Assembly: GCA_043228905.1 (NCBI GenBank)
Contig: JBHGNT010000003.1
Location: forward strand, 1,178,001 to 1,242,000
DNA from: Azolla caroliniana
Taxonomy: Eukaryota > Plantae > Polypodiophyta
Length of the DNA: 64,000 nucleotides
Direction: 5' to 3'
Part shown: positions 13,180 to 26,669 of the stretch, piece by piece
Layout of the letters: each line of letters begins with the position of its first letter
Numbering within the stretch: position 1 is the first letter of the stretch
Notes under the pieces: generated by a model
Told to the model about the DNA's origin: nothing
What the model saw: the letters and a program-made list of their open reading frames with translations, nothing else
The model's database searches: none
Translations under genes and position numbers: made by a program

Positions 13180-13790
13180 AGATAACCTTCAAAATCTTTG
13201 GAAAGAAGTGATGAAGACATATGAGAGAATATTGCAGCCACACTTTCTCATTTTAGGTACAATGTCTCATTGTACTCTTCTCACTCCATTGGCCAAGTAT
13301 TAATTGAAGAAGAAGAAAAAGAAGGAAGAAGGAAGAAGCCCATTCGATTTGTTTAAGCTTAAAGCATCAAAATTGAGAAGTTGTTACTTTAATCATTATA
13401 TTACGAAGAAGAAGAAGACAAACGAAGCCAATTGGGATTCGTTAAAGTTTGAAGTATCACAATTGAGAAGCAGTTACCCTTATCAAGCTTCAAGTATGAG
13501 AGTTGAGAAGTTGTTACTCTTATCATTAATTGAAGAAGAAGAAAAAGAAGAAGACAAAGACGAAGCCAATTGGATTTGTTAAAGCTTCAAGTATCAGAAT
13601 TGAGAAGCTTTTACTCTTATCCTTAACGTTGGAAGAAGAAGAAGAAGAAGCCCATTTGATTTGTTGAAGCTTAAAGCATCACAATTCAGAAGCCTTTGCT
13701 CTCATCCTTAACACTAGAGCTGAAGGAGAGGATGAAGAAGAAGAATTACCATTTGTGAAGTTTGGCTATGGCGTTCTTCACCTACATTAC
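13180..13790 (+). pseudogene. Truncated duplicate of the P450 promoter/5'UTR and first ~6 codons, with ~110-bp modular repeats
   Basis: 13640-13785 (CCATTTGATTTGTTGAAGCTT...GAAGAATTACCATTTGTGAAGTTTGGCTATGGCGTTCTTCACCTAC) aligns with 18672-18805, the start of the + strand P450. Homology stops after MAFFTY. Confidence 0.75.
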
Positions 13791-14119
13791 CTTGGTGGTA
13801 TTCATAATCAAGAAACAATGCATTGATATAATTTGATTACCCTATATGCATTAGGGTCTCGCTCTAGTATTCATAATTTGATTACCATATGATATAATTT
13901 GTTTCATCCCAAAAGAATGTGTATAAATACATCCTCGTAAATGTTGGAATGTTTAAGGCGGTAGGAAATTATGGTTTCTCATGTATCATTCATCTCATGG
14001 TGTTCAAATCCTCTTTTCCAAATCCTCAGATTATTAGAGTGGTGCAAACAAAACATTGAGATGATTGATCACTATACTAGCAAAACATTGGGATGATTGA
14101 TCACTATACTGGACACATT

Positions 14120-14325
14120 TACAATAAAACAGAGATGTTTTCCTTGTACACACTTTTAATACAAAAGAGATATTTTTCCAAGTTTCTCAAAACCAACTTG
14201 AACCTCATAATAAATTGCCTTGTGGCCCAATAAAAAAGAGATGTTTTCCTTGTACACACACTATTAATAAAATAGAGATATTTTTCCAAGTTTCTCAAAA
14301 CCAACTTGAACCTCATAATAAAGTG
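14120..14325. repeat. ~110-bp tandem duplication
   Basis: GAGATGTTTTCCTTGTACACAC...CCAAGTTTCTCAAAACCAACTTGAACCTCATAATAAA occurs twice. Confidence 0.8.
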
Positions 14326-14351
14326 CTAGTGGCCACAAGGAAGGAAAAGTA

Positions 14352-14485
14352 TGTGAAATGCACATAGAGAAGATCTGAACTAGCTTGTCTTAATTTATAG
14401 TAGATACAGAGATACCCATTTGGGTTTGGCTAGCAACTACTAATCCATGCATACTGTGGCACAAAATAACAAAGGTACACTATAG
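14352..14485 (-). mobile_element. Possible degenerate solo LTR related to the 34920-36091 element
   Basis: TGTGAAATGCACATA...TAGCTT...AATTTATAG..GATACA...TACCCATTTGGGTT..GGCACAAA resembles the 196-bp LTR at 34920. The right boundary and TSD are unclear. Confidence 0.45.
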
Positions 14486-14621
14486 CATTAAGCCTTAAAG
14501 AGTGAACCATTTATTTTCGTTTTTCGTTATTTATGATATATATTTTTTATTTGTAATATTCAATATTCTAACATGATAGACTCAAAGCGAACCATTTAAT
14601 TTTGTTTTCTTTATTTATGAC

Positions 14622-17600
14622 CATAGTTCCTAATATTCACATACGTTTGCAAACGAACGCGTATGATACACGATATTCGTTTGTTTGTTTTTTTTCTTTT
14701 TGGGGTTTTTTTTGGGGTTTTTTGGGGGGGTTTTTTCTGATGGGTTGTGAGGAGTGACGAGTCTAAGAGTCTAAGAGTCGAGAACTGAGAATCGAGAGCT
14801 CTGAGTGAGTAGTGAGGAGAAAAATGTGAGAATCAGATTTCTGTGAAGGACGAAACGAACAGGGCGCAATCTTCCATCAATTTTAATTTTTAATTTCTGA
14901 TTCCCGATTCCTGATTCCTCAGTGCTCGGTGCTACTTCTAAGTTCTCACCGCTCACCCGCCTACAACCTGCCGCCTTACCAATTTGTCCCGTTTGATTCT
15001 TCTTGGAAGTGTGAAGGTAAATTGTTGTCAAATTCATGTATTTCTAATGTCTATACAATTGTTAAATCATGTGTTTCCAATGTCCATTGATCAATGAGCA
15101 TGAGATCAAAACCTAAAACCAATTTTTGGGAAAAAACCCAAGAACTCATAAAACAGTAAATGGGATTATGGAATTATGGATGTTTGTATGTGCAAATCAG
15201 CTTTAATTTGAGGTTGTACATACTAAAAAATGCACGTTTTTCTCAAATAATGGATGCATCATTCAAGGGATAAGAAAACCAGACATGCCGCCCTTCCCTA
15301 CCCCTTCACTACCCATTATTTTGGATTTTTTAATTGAATAATTGAAAGAGGAAGAGAAACAACAATTTGCATGATGCATCTTTGTCTTAGGTTTGTGACT
15401 TGTCTTGCATGGGATTGAGAAGGTCTTAATGTGCTGAAAAGTGATACCTCTTGGCCATATAGGATTCGTAATAATGTAGAGAATTTAACTAGTTGTTCAC
15501 GTTTTTCATCTAATTGAAATTTGGCCTCTGGAGAGAGATAATCACCATTGAACCTTTTGGCTTTCAGCCATAGAAATTCTTGATATTGAAATTTGAAACA
15601 TAAGATAGAAAGTAACATAGAAAGTGACATAGAAATGAATTACATTGAGGTAATGTTGCTCGAAATCGAATAGAACTTAATAAACTCCGAGAAGGAAAAG
15701 CACTTCAAAAGGAAACAACTGAAATCAAGAACAATGAATTAAGTGCTCGTCATACCAACTATGTGATTGTAGTTTTATTAAATCAATGTAATTGTAGTTT
15801 TCTAATGTTTTTTTAGATATATCATATCAATGTGATTGTAGATTGTAGATTTATTAGCTCAATTCCTAAATTGTTGATTTATAAATCAATGTGATTGTAG
15901 TATGGGTAAACCAAAGAGCTTTTTATGGGACCACATTACTGTCTTGAAGAGAAATGATAAAAGAATGCATATAAATGAATGCAAACATTGCAAGCATGTA
16001 TTTGCTGGTGGTTCACACCGAATTAAAGCCCATCTTTTGGGGCTAAAAGGACAAGGTGTAGATAAATGCCGCAAAGTCACTGGAGCAATAAAAGATGAGA
16101 TAATAAAATTGATATCGGATGTCGATGCTCATGAAAATACTAATGCTAATGAAAATTCTATTGCAAAAAGTGAGAATAATGTCGATGTAAGTACATCTAA
16201 TGCCAATGTTGTGCCATCTACTTGTGCATCTGTAGTTGACATGTCATCTTCATCATGTAAGAAGAGGACAATTGAGAATATTGGTGGAACCCTACAAATC
16301 TCTTGGCAAAAAAGTTTGAATAAAATTGCCGATGAATCAGTGAGAAGATTCTTTTTTGTAGAGGATATTCTACATCTTAAGGTTGATAGTTCATTTTTTC
16401 ATGATATGGTTCAAGCAATTGCAAAGGCTGGTCCGTCATATAAGCCACCAAGTTCTTTCCAATTGGGAAAGAGGCACTTAGATGAAGAAGTAAAATTTGT
16501 TGAAGATAAACTTTCATGCATTAAAGAGAAATGGAAAATATATGGATGCACTATAGTTAGTGATGGTTGGTCAGATACTAGAAATAGGCCAATAATTAAT
16601 TTTCTAGCTTCATCAATGTTTGGTTCAGTGTTTTTGAGGTCCGTGGATACAAGTGGAGAATGTAAAACGGGGGAGTATATCTTTAATATTCTAAAAGCTA
16701 CCATTCTTGAAATTGGCCTAACAAATGTTGTGCAAGTATGCATGGATAATGCATCAAATTGTGTGGCAGCGGGACATATGATAAAGAAAGAGTGGCCCAT
16801 GATATTTTTTACTCGATGCACATGTCATTGCCTTGATTTGTTGTTTGAGGATATAGGAAAATGTACTTGGGTTAATGATGCTTTGAGATTAGGTTTGAAG
16901 GTTACTACGTTCATCACAAGAAAGCTATATGTGCTTGCAATGTTTCGCAAGTTTAGTAAAAAGGAATTGTTGAAGCCTTCTACTACAAGGTTTGCTTGTA
17001 GTTTCATTGTGCTATCAAATTTTTTGGACGATAGAGTGTATAGTGGTTTAAGAAGAATGGTAGTTAGTGAAGAATGGTGCCAATGGAAGGGATCTAAAAC
17101 GCAACAAGCAAAATAAGTAGTTTCGATAATATTGAATGCTTCCTTTTGGTCAAATGTAAAGATGATAGTGGAAATATGCTCACCAATTTTAAAATGTTGC
17201 GATTGGCGGATAGAGAAGGTGCAACAATGGGGTTGATATATGAATGTACACGACGAATGATATAAGAAATAAATAAAATGCAAGGAATCAATAACATGTT
17301 GCTTGATGAAATTAGAGGATTATGCATGGATAGATGCAAAATGTTACATTCACCATTACATGCAATTGGATATCTCTTACATCCAATTTGGTGGGAAAAT
17401 GTTTAAGTTTTTGATAATGTGGTGAGTGCTTGTTGGATAGACACCTTGATGCGATATGCAAATGGTGACATTAAGATGTAAGGTAATTTATTAGATGAGT
17501 ATCATGCTTATAAAACTAAAGAGAAGGGTATTTTTCAACTTCCACCTTCAAATGATCCTACTAGAATGAAAGATGGTGTTAAGTGGTAGGAATGATTTGG

Positions 17601-18269
17601 AGGAGAAACCCCAAATTTAAGTAAACTTGCAATACAAGTGCTTTCTCAAGGTACTTGTGCATCGCCATGTGAGAGAAATTGGAGTACCTTTTCATCGATA
17701 CACACTAAGAGGAGAAATAGGTTGAGGCATGATCATATAGAGAAGCTAGTATACTTGCATACAAACCATTGTCTATTAAAGAAAGTTAAAGAAAGAGATT
17801 CAAGCCGTATAGAAGTGACATTGGATATGATTAATAAAGATGAAGATGATGATAGGCTTTTGCTATTGCAAAGACAACATGCAACTATGGTTAATGTGGA
17901 TTTTGAAGAAGATGATGATGATGAGCAAGATGTTAACATTGACAATGCACCTCAAGTGTAGAGAGATGAGATTAACTATTAGTACTATGAATTTAGAGCT
18001 ACTTTCTAGGTTAATGTTCATGTTTAGAACTTTGGATGCTACTTTGTTAGTTTTCAATGAATTTATGGTCTTGATTTTTGTCTATAAAAGTCTTGTTTAT
18101 TTTTTATTTTTAATATTAAAAAAAAAAAAATTAGAGTAATAAAAATAAAAATAGACGAATGGATTCCAATCATACTTTCCAATCATTCTTGGAGCCATTT
18201 CACGTATCAGTATGATACGAATATTCACGTATGAGTATGACACGTTTGAGACGTAAGGCTAGAACTATG
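14622..18269 (+). mobile_element. Full-length hAT DNA transposon (decayed)
   Basis: TIR CATAGTTC (14622) / GAACTATG (18262-18269). 8-bp TSD TTTATGAC (14614-14621) / TTTACGAC (18270-18277). Subterminal CGTATGATAC-type repeats at both ends and an internal transposase. Confidence 0.9.
15902..17961 (+). pseudogene. hAT transposase (BED finger, DUF659-type core, C-terminal dimerisation domain), disrupted
   Basis: W...CKHC...RIKAHL BED finger; GCTIVSDGWSD, VVQVCMDNASN, CTCHCLDL core motifs; LSQGTCASPCERNWSTF C-terminal motif. Stop at 17114-17116 and further stops/frameshifts up to ~17640. Confidence 0.9.
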
Positions 18270-18787
18270 TTTACGACATATATTTGTATTTATAATTCCA
18301 TCTAATATTTCTAATATTTAGTATTCGGTCAAGATATGTACATACAAAATCGTTCGTTAATTTTACTTTTTTGTTTTAATATATGCAGGCCCACCTCTTG
18401 GACCAATGGAAAACAATACAAAGGGAATAAACCTTCAAAATTTTATGAGCACCCTAAAAGAGTGAGAAAATCCATGTCTGGGATTTGTTTACAAGTGGAT
18501 TGACCACAATAAAGAGGTGTTGTTACCGAATTTGAAGACTCAATAATAAATATTACGAGATCTAATGGAAGCTTCTTAGAGTTGGGAGATGCAGGTCTCC
18601 ATCCTTCTTCTACATAAACCTTATTTGGAACAAGATGATGATGATGGATACATATGAGAGAATATTGAAGACCATTTGATTTGTTCAAGCTTCAAGCATC
18701 AGAATTGAGAAGCTTTTGCTCTTATCCTTAACCTTGGAGCTGGAGGAGAGGAGGAGAAAGAAGAATTACCACTTGTGAAGCTTGGCT

Positions 18788-20443
18788 ATGGCCTTCTTCA
18801 CCTACTGTACTATCCCTGTAGAGCTCATCCTTGGGCTCACTGTGCCTCTACTGCTCCTCGTAGCAGCGCTGCATGAGCTATGGAGACCTTCAAGCAGCAA
18901 GAAGAACAAGCTCCAGCAAGAGAAGGAGCTGCCATTACCCCCTGGCCGTTTCGGGTGTCCCTTCATCGGCGAAACCCTAGAGATGCTGAGAACCCAAAGG
19001 GCAGGGATCCCATGGAAATTCATCGAAGACCGCGTCTCGGCCTACGGAGAGATCTTCAAGATTAGCTTAGTGACTTCCCCGATAGTGGTCCTCGCTAGCC
19101 CTTCGGGTAACAAGGTAGCCTTCTCGAACAGCTACACGGCTTGGCCGGCTAGCATTGTCTCCATTGTTGGAAGCAAAGCCCTCATTGCGCAGGTCGGACC
19201 TCATGCCAAACGCATACGGAATGCCCTCACGATGTTCTTGCGGCCCGAATCCTTGCAAAGATACACCAGGAGTGTAGATCTCATTGTGCTCAGGTTCATT
19301 AGGGAGCATCTCCAAGACAAATCTGATGTCCTTCTCTTACCCCACATGAAGAAGCTCACATTCACCATAGCTTGCGAAGTTCTCATCGGTCAGCGGGATG
19401 CAAAAGATCAAGATATGCTCCTCCTTCCCTTCACCACCATGGTGAAAGGCATCATGCAGATGCCGATCAACCTCCCAGGAACAACATATAGCAAAGCACT
19501 CGCGGCGTCGGATGTGATAAGAAAGCATTTGCAGGTGTGGATCGACGAGAGAAGGAGAGATATGGGCGGTGGCTTGGTCATGGAGCGTCGAGACATCTTC
19601 TCCGAACTTCTCACATATAGAGACGAGGACGGTCGATTTTTGTCTGATAAGGAGGTGAAGGACAACATCCTCCTGTTGCTCTTTGCAGGCCATGATACCA
19701 GCTCTGTTGCAGCCACCATGACCTGCAAATATCTTGCATCTAATCCCCACATAATGGAGGAGGTTTATAGAGGTTTGTTTGTTGCCCCTCATTATCTGTT
19801 TGGCATGGAAAGGCTACATGGACATGCCTCATTATCTGTTTTGGTGTGCTCAGAGAACAAGGAGATCGCGGCAAGCAAGGCCCCCGGCGAGAATTTGAGC
19901 TGGGCAGATATACAGAAGATGAAGCTTTCATGGAGAGTGGTTCAGGAAACAATGAGGCTGGTGCCGCCGCTGCAGGGGTCATTCAGATTGGCACGTGAAG
20001 ATATGAGCTTCGATGGGTGTAGGATCCCAAAATCATGGAAGGTGTGTCACAGATCTTACTTTCTCTGAGACATTCAAATAGAACCTATTATTATAGCTCA
20101 GTTGATCCATACATGCATGCATTTCTTTTGGTTTTCGGCACAGATCTTGTGGTCTCCCAACTCGACTCATCGAAACCCTAAGTATTTCCGGGAGCCAGAG
20201 AAGTTCGATCCGTCGCGCTTCGAAGGAGCAGGCCCTGCTCCATACACATTCGTCCCATTCGGTGGGGGGCCGAGGATGTGTCCAGGCAATGAGTTTGCAC
20301 GAATGGAAATTCTGACTATCATCCATCGCTTGGTCACTAATTTCTCATGGATCCTCAAGGATCCCAACGAGGCTATGGTGGTCGAACCCATTCCAGTCCC
20401 TGCGAAGGGGCTTCCCATCCTCCTTGAGCCTCGCGTTACATGA
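18788..20443 (+). CDS. Cytochrome P450, CYP85 clan (CYP716/CYP725-like), ~490 aa, 3 exons
   Basis: Exons 18788-19772, 19854-20041, 20144-20443 with GT-AG introns (1473 nt, in frame). N-terminal TM helix, PPG hinge, LFAGHDTS I-helix, [13 protein letters not shown], heme motif [10 protein letters not shown]. Confidence 0.93.
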
Positions 20444-20585
20444 TTCAATTTCCTTCCATAATTTTGCATGATTCAATTTCCTTCAATAATATTGCATGTC
20501 AATCCAATTTCCTTCAATAATATTGCATGTCAATCCAATTTCCTTCAATAATATTGCATTGTCAATTCAATTTCCTTCAATATAT
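20439..20585. repeat. ~30-bp tandem repeat in the P450 3' UTR
   Basis: CAATTTCCTTC(C/A)ATAAT(A)TTGCAT repeated about 5 times, starting at the stop codon. Confidence 0.8.
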
Positions 20586-21212
20586 AATACTGTTCTAAAC
20601 CTGGAATAATTAAACAAGAGTGGCATCCAATCAGTGTATGTATTATTCATTTCTATGCATTGGAATGGGGAAACCTAATTATAATTTGGTATTTGACTAT
20701 ACAGATATTATGATTGAGCACTATTGCAGTTTGAAATGGATATGCTAGTTAGTTAATATAGAGAATTCGTACCAAAGCAAGCTCCTCCTCCTTCTGCCTG
20801 AATCATTCCAAAGCATAGCAAGCTAATCCAGACCAGCAAAAATCCTGTGAATAGATCAGAGTATTATTTCAATTCTTGACGGCGCCATGAAATCCGAGCG
20901 GGTAGAGTAGTTTTCTTCATTAATTGGGGAATGGAGAAGCAAACATGGAGAAAAAGATGAGAGTTTGTTTAATTCTGAGCTAGATTACAGTCTCTAGATT
21001 GAGCGTAACCTCAGAAAAAATCTATGAAGAAAAAACAATAACAAAATGGAGCATTTTCCCTTGGGACTTATAGTAGTAAGGAAACGGAGAGAGGCACAGA
21101 GTTTGAAGGAGATTTGTCGTCAATACCTGCAAAAATCAAGAGAAGATGGAAAAGGAAGAAGGGCAGGATTAGATTAGGTTAGATATTTTTCAGCTCTATA
21201 AGAGAGACCTAA

Positions 21213-24200
21213 TGTTACAACCGTTACAATTACATAAAAGAAAATAGTAGAATATTTAAATAAATCTTGGAAGCACAAACGTTTCATCTCATGAACGTTT
21301 GGGCTCCCAATAAGTTTCTATTTAAAGAAGTAGTTGTGATTTTGAAAAGGGGGGGGGGGTTCCCAATGGGGAAGGACCAAGTCATTAGTTAGTAATTCGC
21401 ACTTACCTTTTTTATTTCTATTGAATACAAAGAGTGTTCTCTCTCATTTTGTGCCATTGGTTTAATACTTGGTATCAGAGCAAGATAAGGATTGGCAAGC
21501 CATTCCAGCAAGAAGAGATTGAAGAAGTGGCACACGACACCACGAGAGGAGTCAAGGTAACCACAAAGATAGTAGACTATTTTTTTTTTTTCTCTCTCTT
21601 TTATCTAACCAATGGCGGGAAGAAGGCGAAGAAGAGGGATCAACTTGGGAGAGCTAGGGAACGAAGGAGACACTCCATTAGGGGAGATAGCCCTAGATCG
21701 AGGAAACCAAGAGGCCACCGAATTAGAGAATGGAAGGTTCAATATGGAAGATCAAAGATGGGAGAGAGAAGAAGAGGAATCGGGGCCGCAAGGGAGAAGG
21801 CCCACGGAAGGAGCACCAGGGCGTTTGGAGGAGATGGTGCAGAGGCTGGAAGTCGGGAATGCCGAGAACCGCCGCCACAACTTGGGATCATTTAAACCTA
21901 TTAAACCAAAAATGTACATGGGGGAGAGGAACTCGGTGGTACTTACAAGATGGATAAGAGAAACCGAACTATTCCTCGTCCAAAGTCAAGTAGAACCCGA
22001 CTTGTGGGTGATGGTCTCCGCGTGTTTTTTGGATGGACCAGCACAAAATTGGTACATGTCGGGGGAAAGCGTGTTTGAGTTCACGCCTTGGACAGAGTTT
22101 AAGCGGGAATTGCGTCATTATTTCATACCACAAAATGAACATCTCCGCATCATGCATGAATGGAGGATGTTGAGACAAGGGGAAGGGCAACTCACCATGT
22201 ACATTGAGAGGTATCGCTAAGTGACATTGCAACTGCCGCATCTTCATCAAATAACCAAACTCCACGGGTTCCTAGTTGGATTGAAGCCTCGGATCAGGAT
22301 AGAGGTAGAAAAGATGAACCCTCAAACTTGTGAGGAAGCCATGAGGGTGGCAGAGAGGATAGGAGACATAGAAGGGAGCTCCCAACCTTTCCACAACAAT
22401 CTAGGAAGTACATCCAACAATCGTGGGTGGACGACTACCACTAGTTCGATAGGAAGAGGAACAACACGAGGGGATCCAATTGGATCGAGCTGGACAAATA
22501 GCGGGGGAGGAGGAGGACAGCCGGGGAGTCCCATTTCTACTTCAACACAACGAACCCCACTAATTAGAAGAGGCTGTTTTGAGTGTGGAGGCCCTCACTT
22601 GGCATCCAATTGTCCAAAAAAGAAGCAACTCACGGTGCGGGCAGCCACCTCACAACTCGAGTTAACAGAGCTCGAGGAAGGTTCCGAGCAAGACATACAA
22701 GCAATAGCAGCGCAATATGAGGAAGAAGATGAAGAAGTCGTTGTACGTGCAGGAGCCGCCACCGCCTGGCCTACCTGTCTCACAGTCAAACTCAATAACA
22801 CAAGTAATCTCTTTCTCAACGTAAAAATTAATGGGCATAGTTGTGAGGCAATGGTGGACAACGGTGCAACACACAACTTCATAACACCTGAATGCGCGAA
22901 GAAGTGGGGATTAAAATTGCAACCTTTAAACAACCTCTCTGTGAGTTTTGTACAGGGATACACTAATAAGTGTTCATTAGCAGCCAATGTCTTGATTGAA
23001 GCGGGAGAATGGAAGGGGCGAACACCTTTTCTAGCGGTTGACATGGATGGGTGCGAGGTGATCTTAGGGCTAGAATGGGTGGATAAGTACGTCATCAACC
23101 AATTCGGGAAAAAGGTAGATAAGGTGTTACTAGATAATGAAGATGGGAAGGGAGGCATCATTGTAAACATGCATAGGAGAAATGCAAAGGCAAAGGCGAC
23201 AACCGTGACCGCAAAACTTTGCACGGGGAAGGTGGCAAATCGAGTCTTAAAGAAGGGCGGCCAACTCTTTCTTTGCACGGCCCTGCAAGCATCAACAACA
23301 GTGAGGAAGGAAGAACTAAGGGCAGAAAATATGAAGGAAATATTAGAGCAATACAAGGATGTCTTAACAGCGGAGCTACCCAAAACTCTTCCGCCACAAA
23401 GGTCAATCAATCATAAAATCCCAACCATTCCCGGAAGCATACCACTTGTAAAAGCTCCTTACCGAATGAATGCTACTCAATTAGCAGAGCTAAAACAACA
23501 ATTACAAGAATTAGAAGCATGTGGGTTCATCAGACCAAGCCAATCACCTTACGGTGTGCCCGTCATTTTTGTGGCAAAGAAGGATGGGACATTGCGCATG
23601 TGCATGGATTACAGGTCTCTCAACAAAATCACCATAAAAAATAAATACCCATTACCTTTGATTTCCGACCTCTTGGATCAACTACAAGGAGCCCGTTATT
23701 TCTCTCGCATAGATCTCAGATCAGGGTATCATCAAATCCGCGTAGCTATGGAGGATATTGAGAAGACAGCATTTAGGACGAGATATGGCAGTTTTGAATG
23801 GCTGGTGATGAGTTTCGGTTTGACAGGAGCACCCGGAACATTCTGTAGGCTCGGAAATGAAATTTTTAGGGATTATTTGGATAAATTTTTGATAATTTAC
23901 ATTGATGATTTGTTAATTTTCAGTAAGACTTTTGAGGAACATAAACAACATGTCACCAATGTGCTGCAACGATTACGGGAGCATCAGTTATACGCAAAAC
24001 CTGAGAAGTGTGAGTTCGCTATGGAGGAGCTTGAATTCTTAGGATTTCGAATAGGAAGAGAAGGGCTCAAGATGGATCTGGCCAAGGTAAAAGCAGTTCA
24101 AGATTGGCCACGACCCACCAAAGTCCTCGAAGTGCAGCAATTCATAGGCTTCGTCCAGTATGTGAGAAGATTTATTAAAAACTTCAGTCAAATCGCAACC

Positions 24201-26445
24201 CCACTGACGAATCTCATCAAAGGCTCACAAACATTCTGTTGGTCTGAACGTGAACAACATGCCTTCGATCAATTGAAGAAGGCAGTGTGTGTGCAACCGG
24301 TTCTTCAACTCCCGGACTTTTCAAAACCATTTGAAATTCACATTGATGCTTCTGATTTTGCTTATGGGGCTGTGCTTATGCAGGATGGTCATCCGATTGC
24401 CTATGAGTCAAAAAAGTTTTCAGCGATAGAAAGTCGGTGGCCCACACACGAGAAGGAAATGTTGGCAATAGTTTATGCACTTCGGAAGTGGCGGCACTAC
24501 GTACAAGATAAATTTACACGAGTAGTGACCGACAACATCTCCTTGCAATATTTTCTGACACAACCACGACTTTCAGCAAAACAAATGAGATGGCAAGATA
24601 TGTTAGCAGAATTTGATTTGGAGATTGTACATAAAAAAGGCAAGTTGCATACATTACCTGATGCATTAAGTCGATTGCCACGCATCCTCCATATTTCTGT
24701 CATCTCGGCTCAAGGATGGATAGATGAAGTACAACAAGCACAAACAGAGGATGCAGAGATGCGCGAATTAGTAACCAAAGTCATGAATGGGAGCATAACT
24801 CATGGAATGTACAAGTTGCAGGACGGCTTATTGTAGAGTGATGATAAAATAGTAATCCCGAATAATATATCACTAAAGGCAAAGATACTAAGGGAATTAC
24901 ATGATTGCCACATGGCCGGGCATGGGGGACAAAAGCGCACATTAAAAGCTGTTAAAAAGTTCTTCGTGTGGCCAAGAATGGAACATGAGATCATTGACTA
25001 TATACGTTCATGCCAGGTATGTCAAGCCATGAAAGCTAGGCGAGGAAAAGCGCTCGGACTACTGCAACAGATGCCGGTACCATCCCGTCCATGGGATGTA
25101 ATAAGCATGGATTTTATAATTGATTTACCCTCATCCAAGGGGTTTTGCATCCTTATGGTCATTGTGGATTTTTTTTCTAAACAAGCTCACTTCGTGCCGG
25201 CAAAGCCACCTCTAACAACGCAACATGTAGCACACTTGTATTTTAAACATGTTTTTAAGTATCACAGGCTGCCAGAAATCATAGTATCAGATAGGGATCC
25301 AAGGTTCACTAGTGGATTTTGGCAAGAATTGTTTCGGATTCTAGGCACACAGCTCCGTATGTCATCATCCGCACATCCGCAAACAGACGGGCAAACTGAG
25401 CGACACAATCAAGGCATCGAGGACTACTTTCGATGTTATGTCAAAGCGGATCAGACGGACTGGGTGGAACACATCGACATGCTCGAATTTTGTTACAATG
25501 CTGCAATCCATTCATCAACGGGAGTCTCTCCATTCGAGCTCGCCACAGGTAAAGAAGTCCTCACACCGATTGCTTTATTGCATACAAATAAGAAGACACA
25601 AGTAGAGGAATTGGATGTGTCTCGTTTTTTGGAGGAGTGGAAGGACCGGATGCAAGCAGCACAAGAGCATCTCATAAAAACAAAGTCACAGATGATCAAT
25701 CGTGTCAATAAGAAACGGGAACACGTGGAGTTTTACCCAGGGGATTTAGTACTTGTCAATTCGGCTAGTTGGCCGTTACTTCAGGGCCTCACGCCCAAGT
25801 TTAACCATAGGTTCTATGGACCATACAAGGTGGTCAAACAACTCAATAATGTATCCTACAAATTACAACTTCCGGAGGCTTCCAAGATACATGATGTTTT
25901 TCATGTTAGCCTGCTAAAACGTTTCCACCCAGATGAAACATGGGGGCGCGAGGCAACTATTAGATGTGAACCTGAAGCACTTTTGAAGACACAGGTTCAT
26001 AGAGGGAGAAGACGCTACTTCATCAAGTGGCGAGGGAAACCATTATCCGAAGCATCGTGGGTAACTGAAGAAGCGTTGCTACAAGCAGGGTTTGAATGGC
26101 TACTTGAGCCTCTACAACAACCAGAGCCCTGACCTAGGAACCTTTATGCAATAGTTTCGAGGTCGAAACTCTCTCGACTAGCGGGAGAGTGTTACAACCG
26201 TTACAATTACATAAAAGAAAATAGTAGAATATTTAAATAAATCTTGGAAGCACAAACGTTTCATCTCATGAACGTTTGGGCTCCCAATAAGTTTCTATTT
26301 AAAGAAGTAGTTGTGATTTTGAAAAGGGGGGGGGGGGTTCCCAATGGGGAAGGACCAAGTCATTAGTTAGTAATTCGCACTTACCTTTTTTATTTCTATT
26401 GAATACAAAGAGTGTTCTCTCTCATTTTGTGCCATTGGTTTAATA
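21213..26445 (+). mobile_element. Full-length Ty3/Gypsy chromovirus LTR retrotransposon
   Basis: LTRs 21213-21467 and 26190-26445, identical by eye except G-run length. TSD CCTAA (21208-21212 / 26446-26450). tRNA-iMet PBS TGGTATCAGAGC 21470-21481. PPT AGCGGGAGAG 26180-26189. Confidence 0.95.
21612..26132 (+). pseudogene. Single-frame gag-pol (gag, CCHC, PR, RT, RH, IN, chromodomain) with two nonsense codons
   Basis: ORFs 21612-22220, 22221-24836 and 24912-26132 share one frame, with stops TAA 22218 and TAG 24834. Motifs: CFECGGPHLASNC, VDNGATHNF, YIDD, DASD, HHCC/DDE integrase, GPY, YFIKWRG...ASW chromodomain. Confidence 0.92.
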
Positions 26446-26669
26446 CCTAAGTACACACATTATTTTAATATGTTCGATTTATTCATACTTGAAAGTCTGA
26501 ACCTTATTCATGACATACTGTCAAGCACATTGATAATGATGTTGATGACTCTTTTTCTTCGAAATTCAAAACCCTAGGCATTCATAGTTGCTCATTGGAC
26601 ATTTAACCATTTCCCTAATCTGTAATAGCCATGCATGTTTTGCGTCTACATTTGATCATATGAGGCCCT

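Noticed and set aside
18802-19982. Antisense ORFs over the P450s, retroelement pol genes and PEX7
   Set aside because: These are shadow ORFs of real coding sequence on the opposite strand.
20768-21140. Possible minus-strand exon relics (signal-peptide-like LFTGFLLVWISLLCFGMIQA, plus splice-like sites)
   Set aside because: The ATG frame stops after 10 codons and no downstream exons are identifiable, so it is too weak to call.
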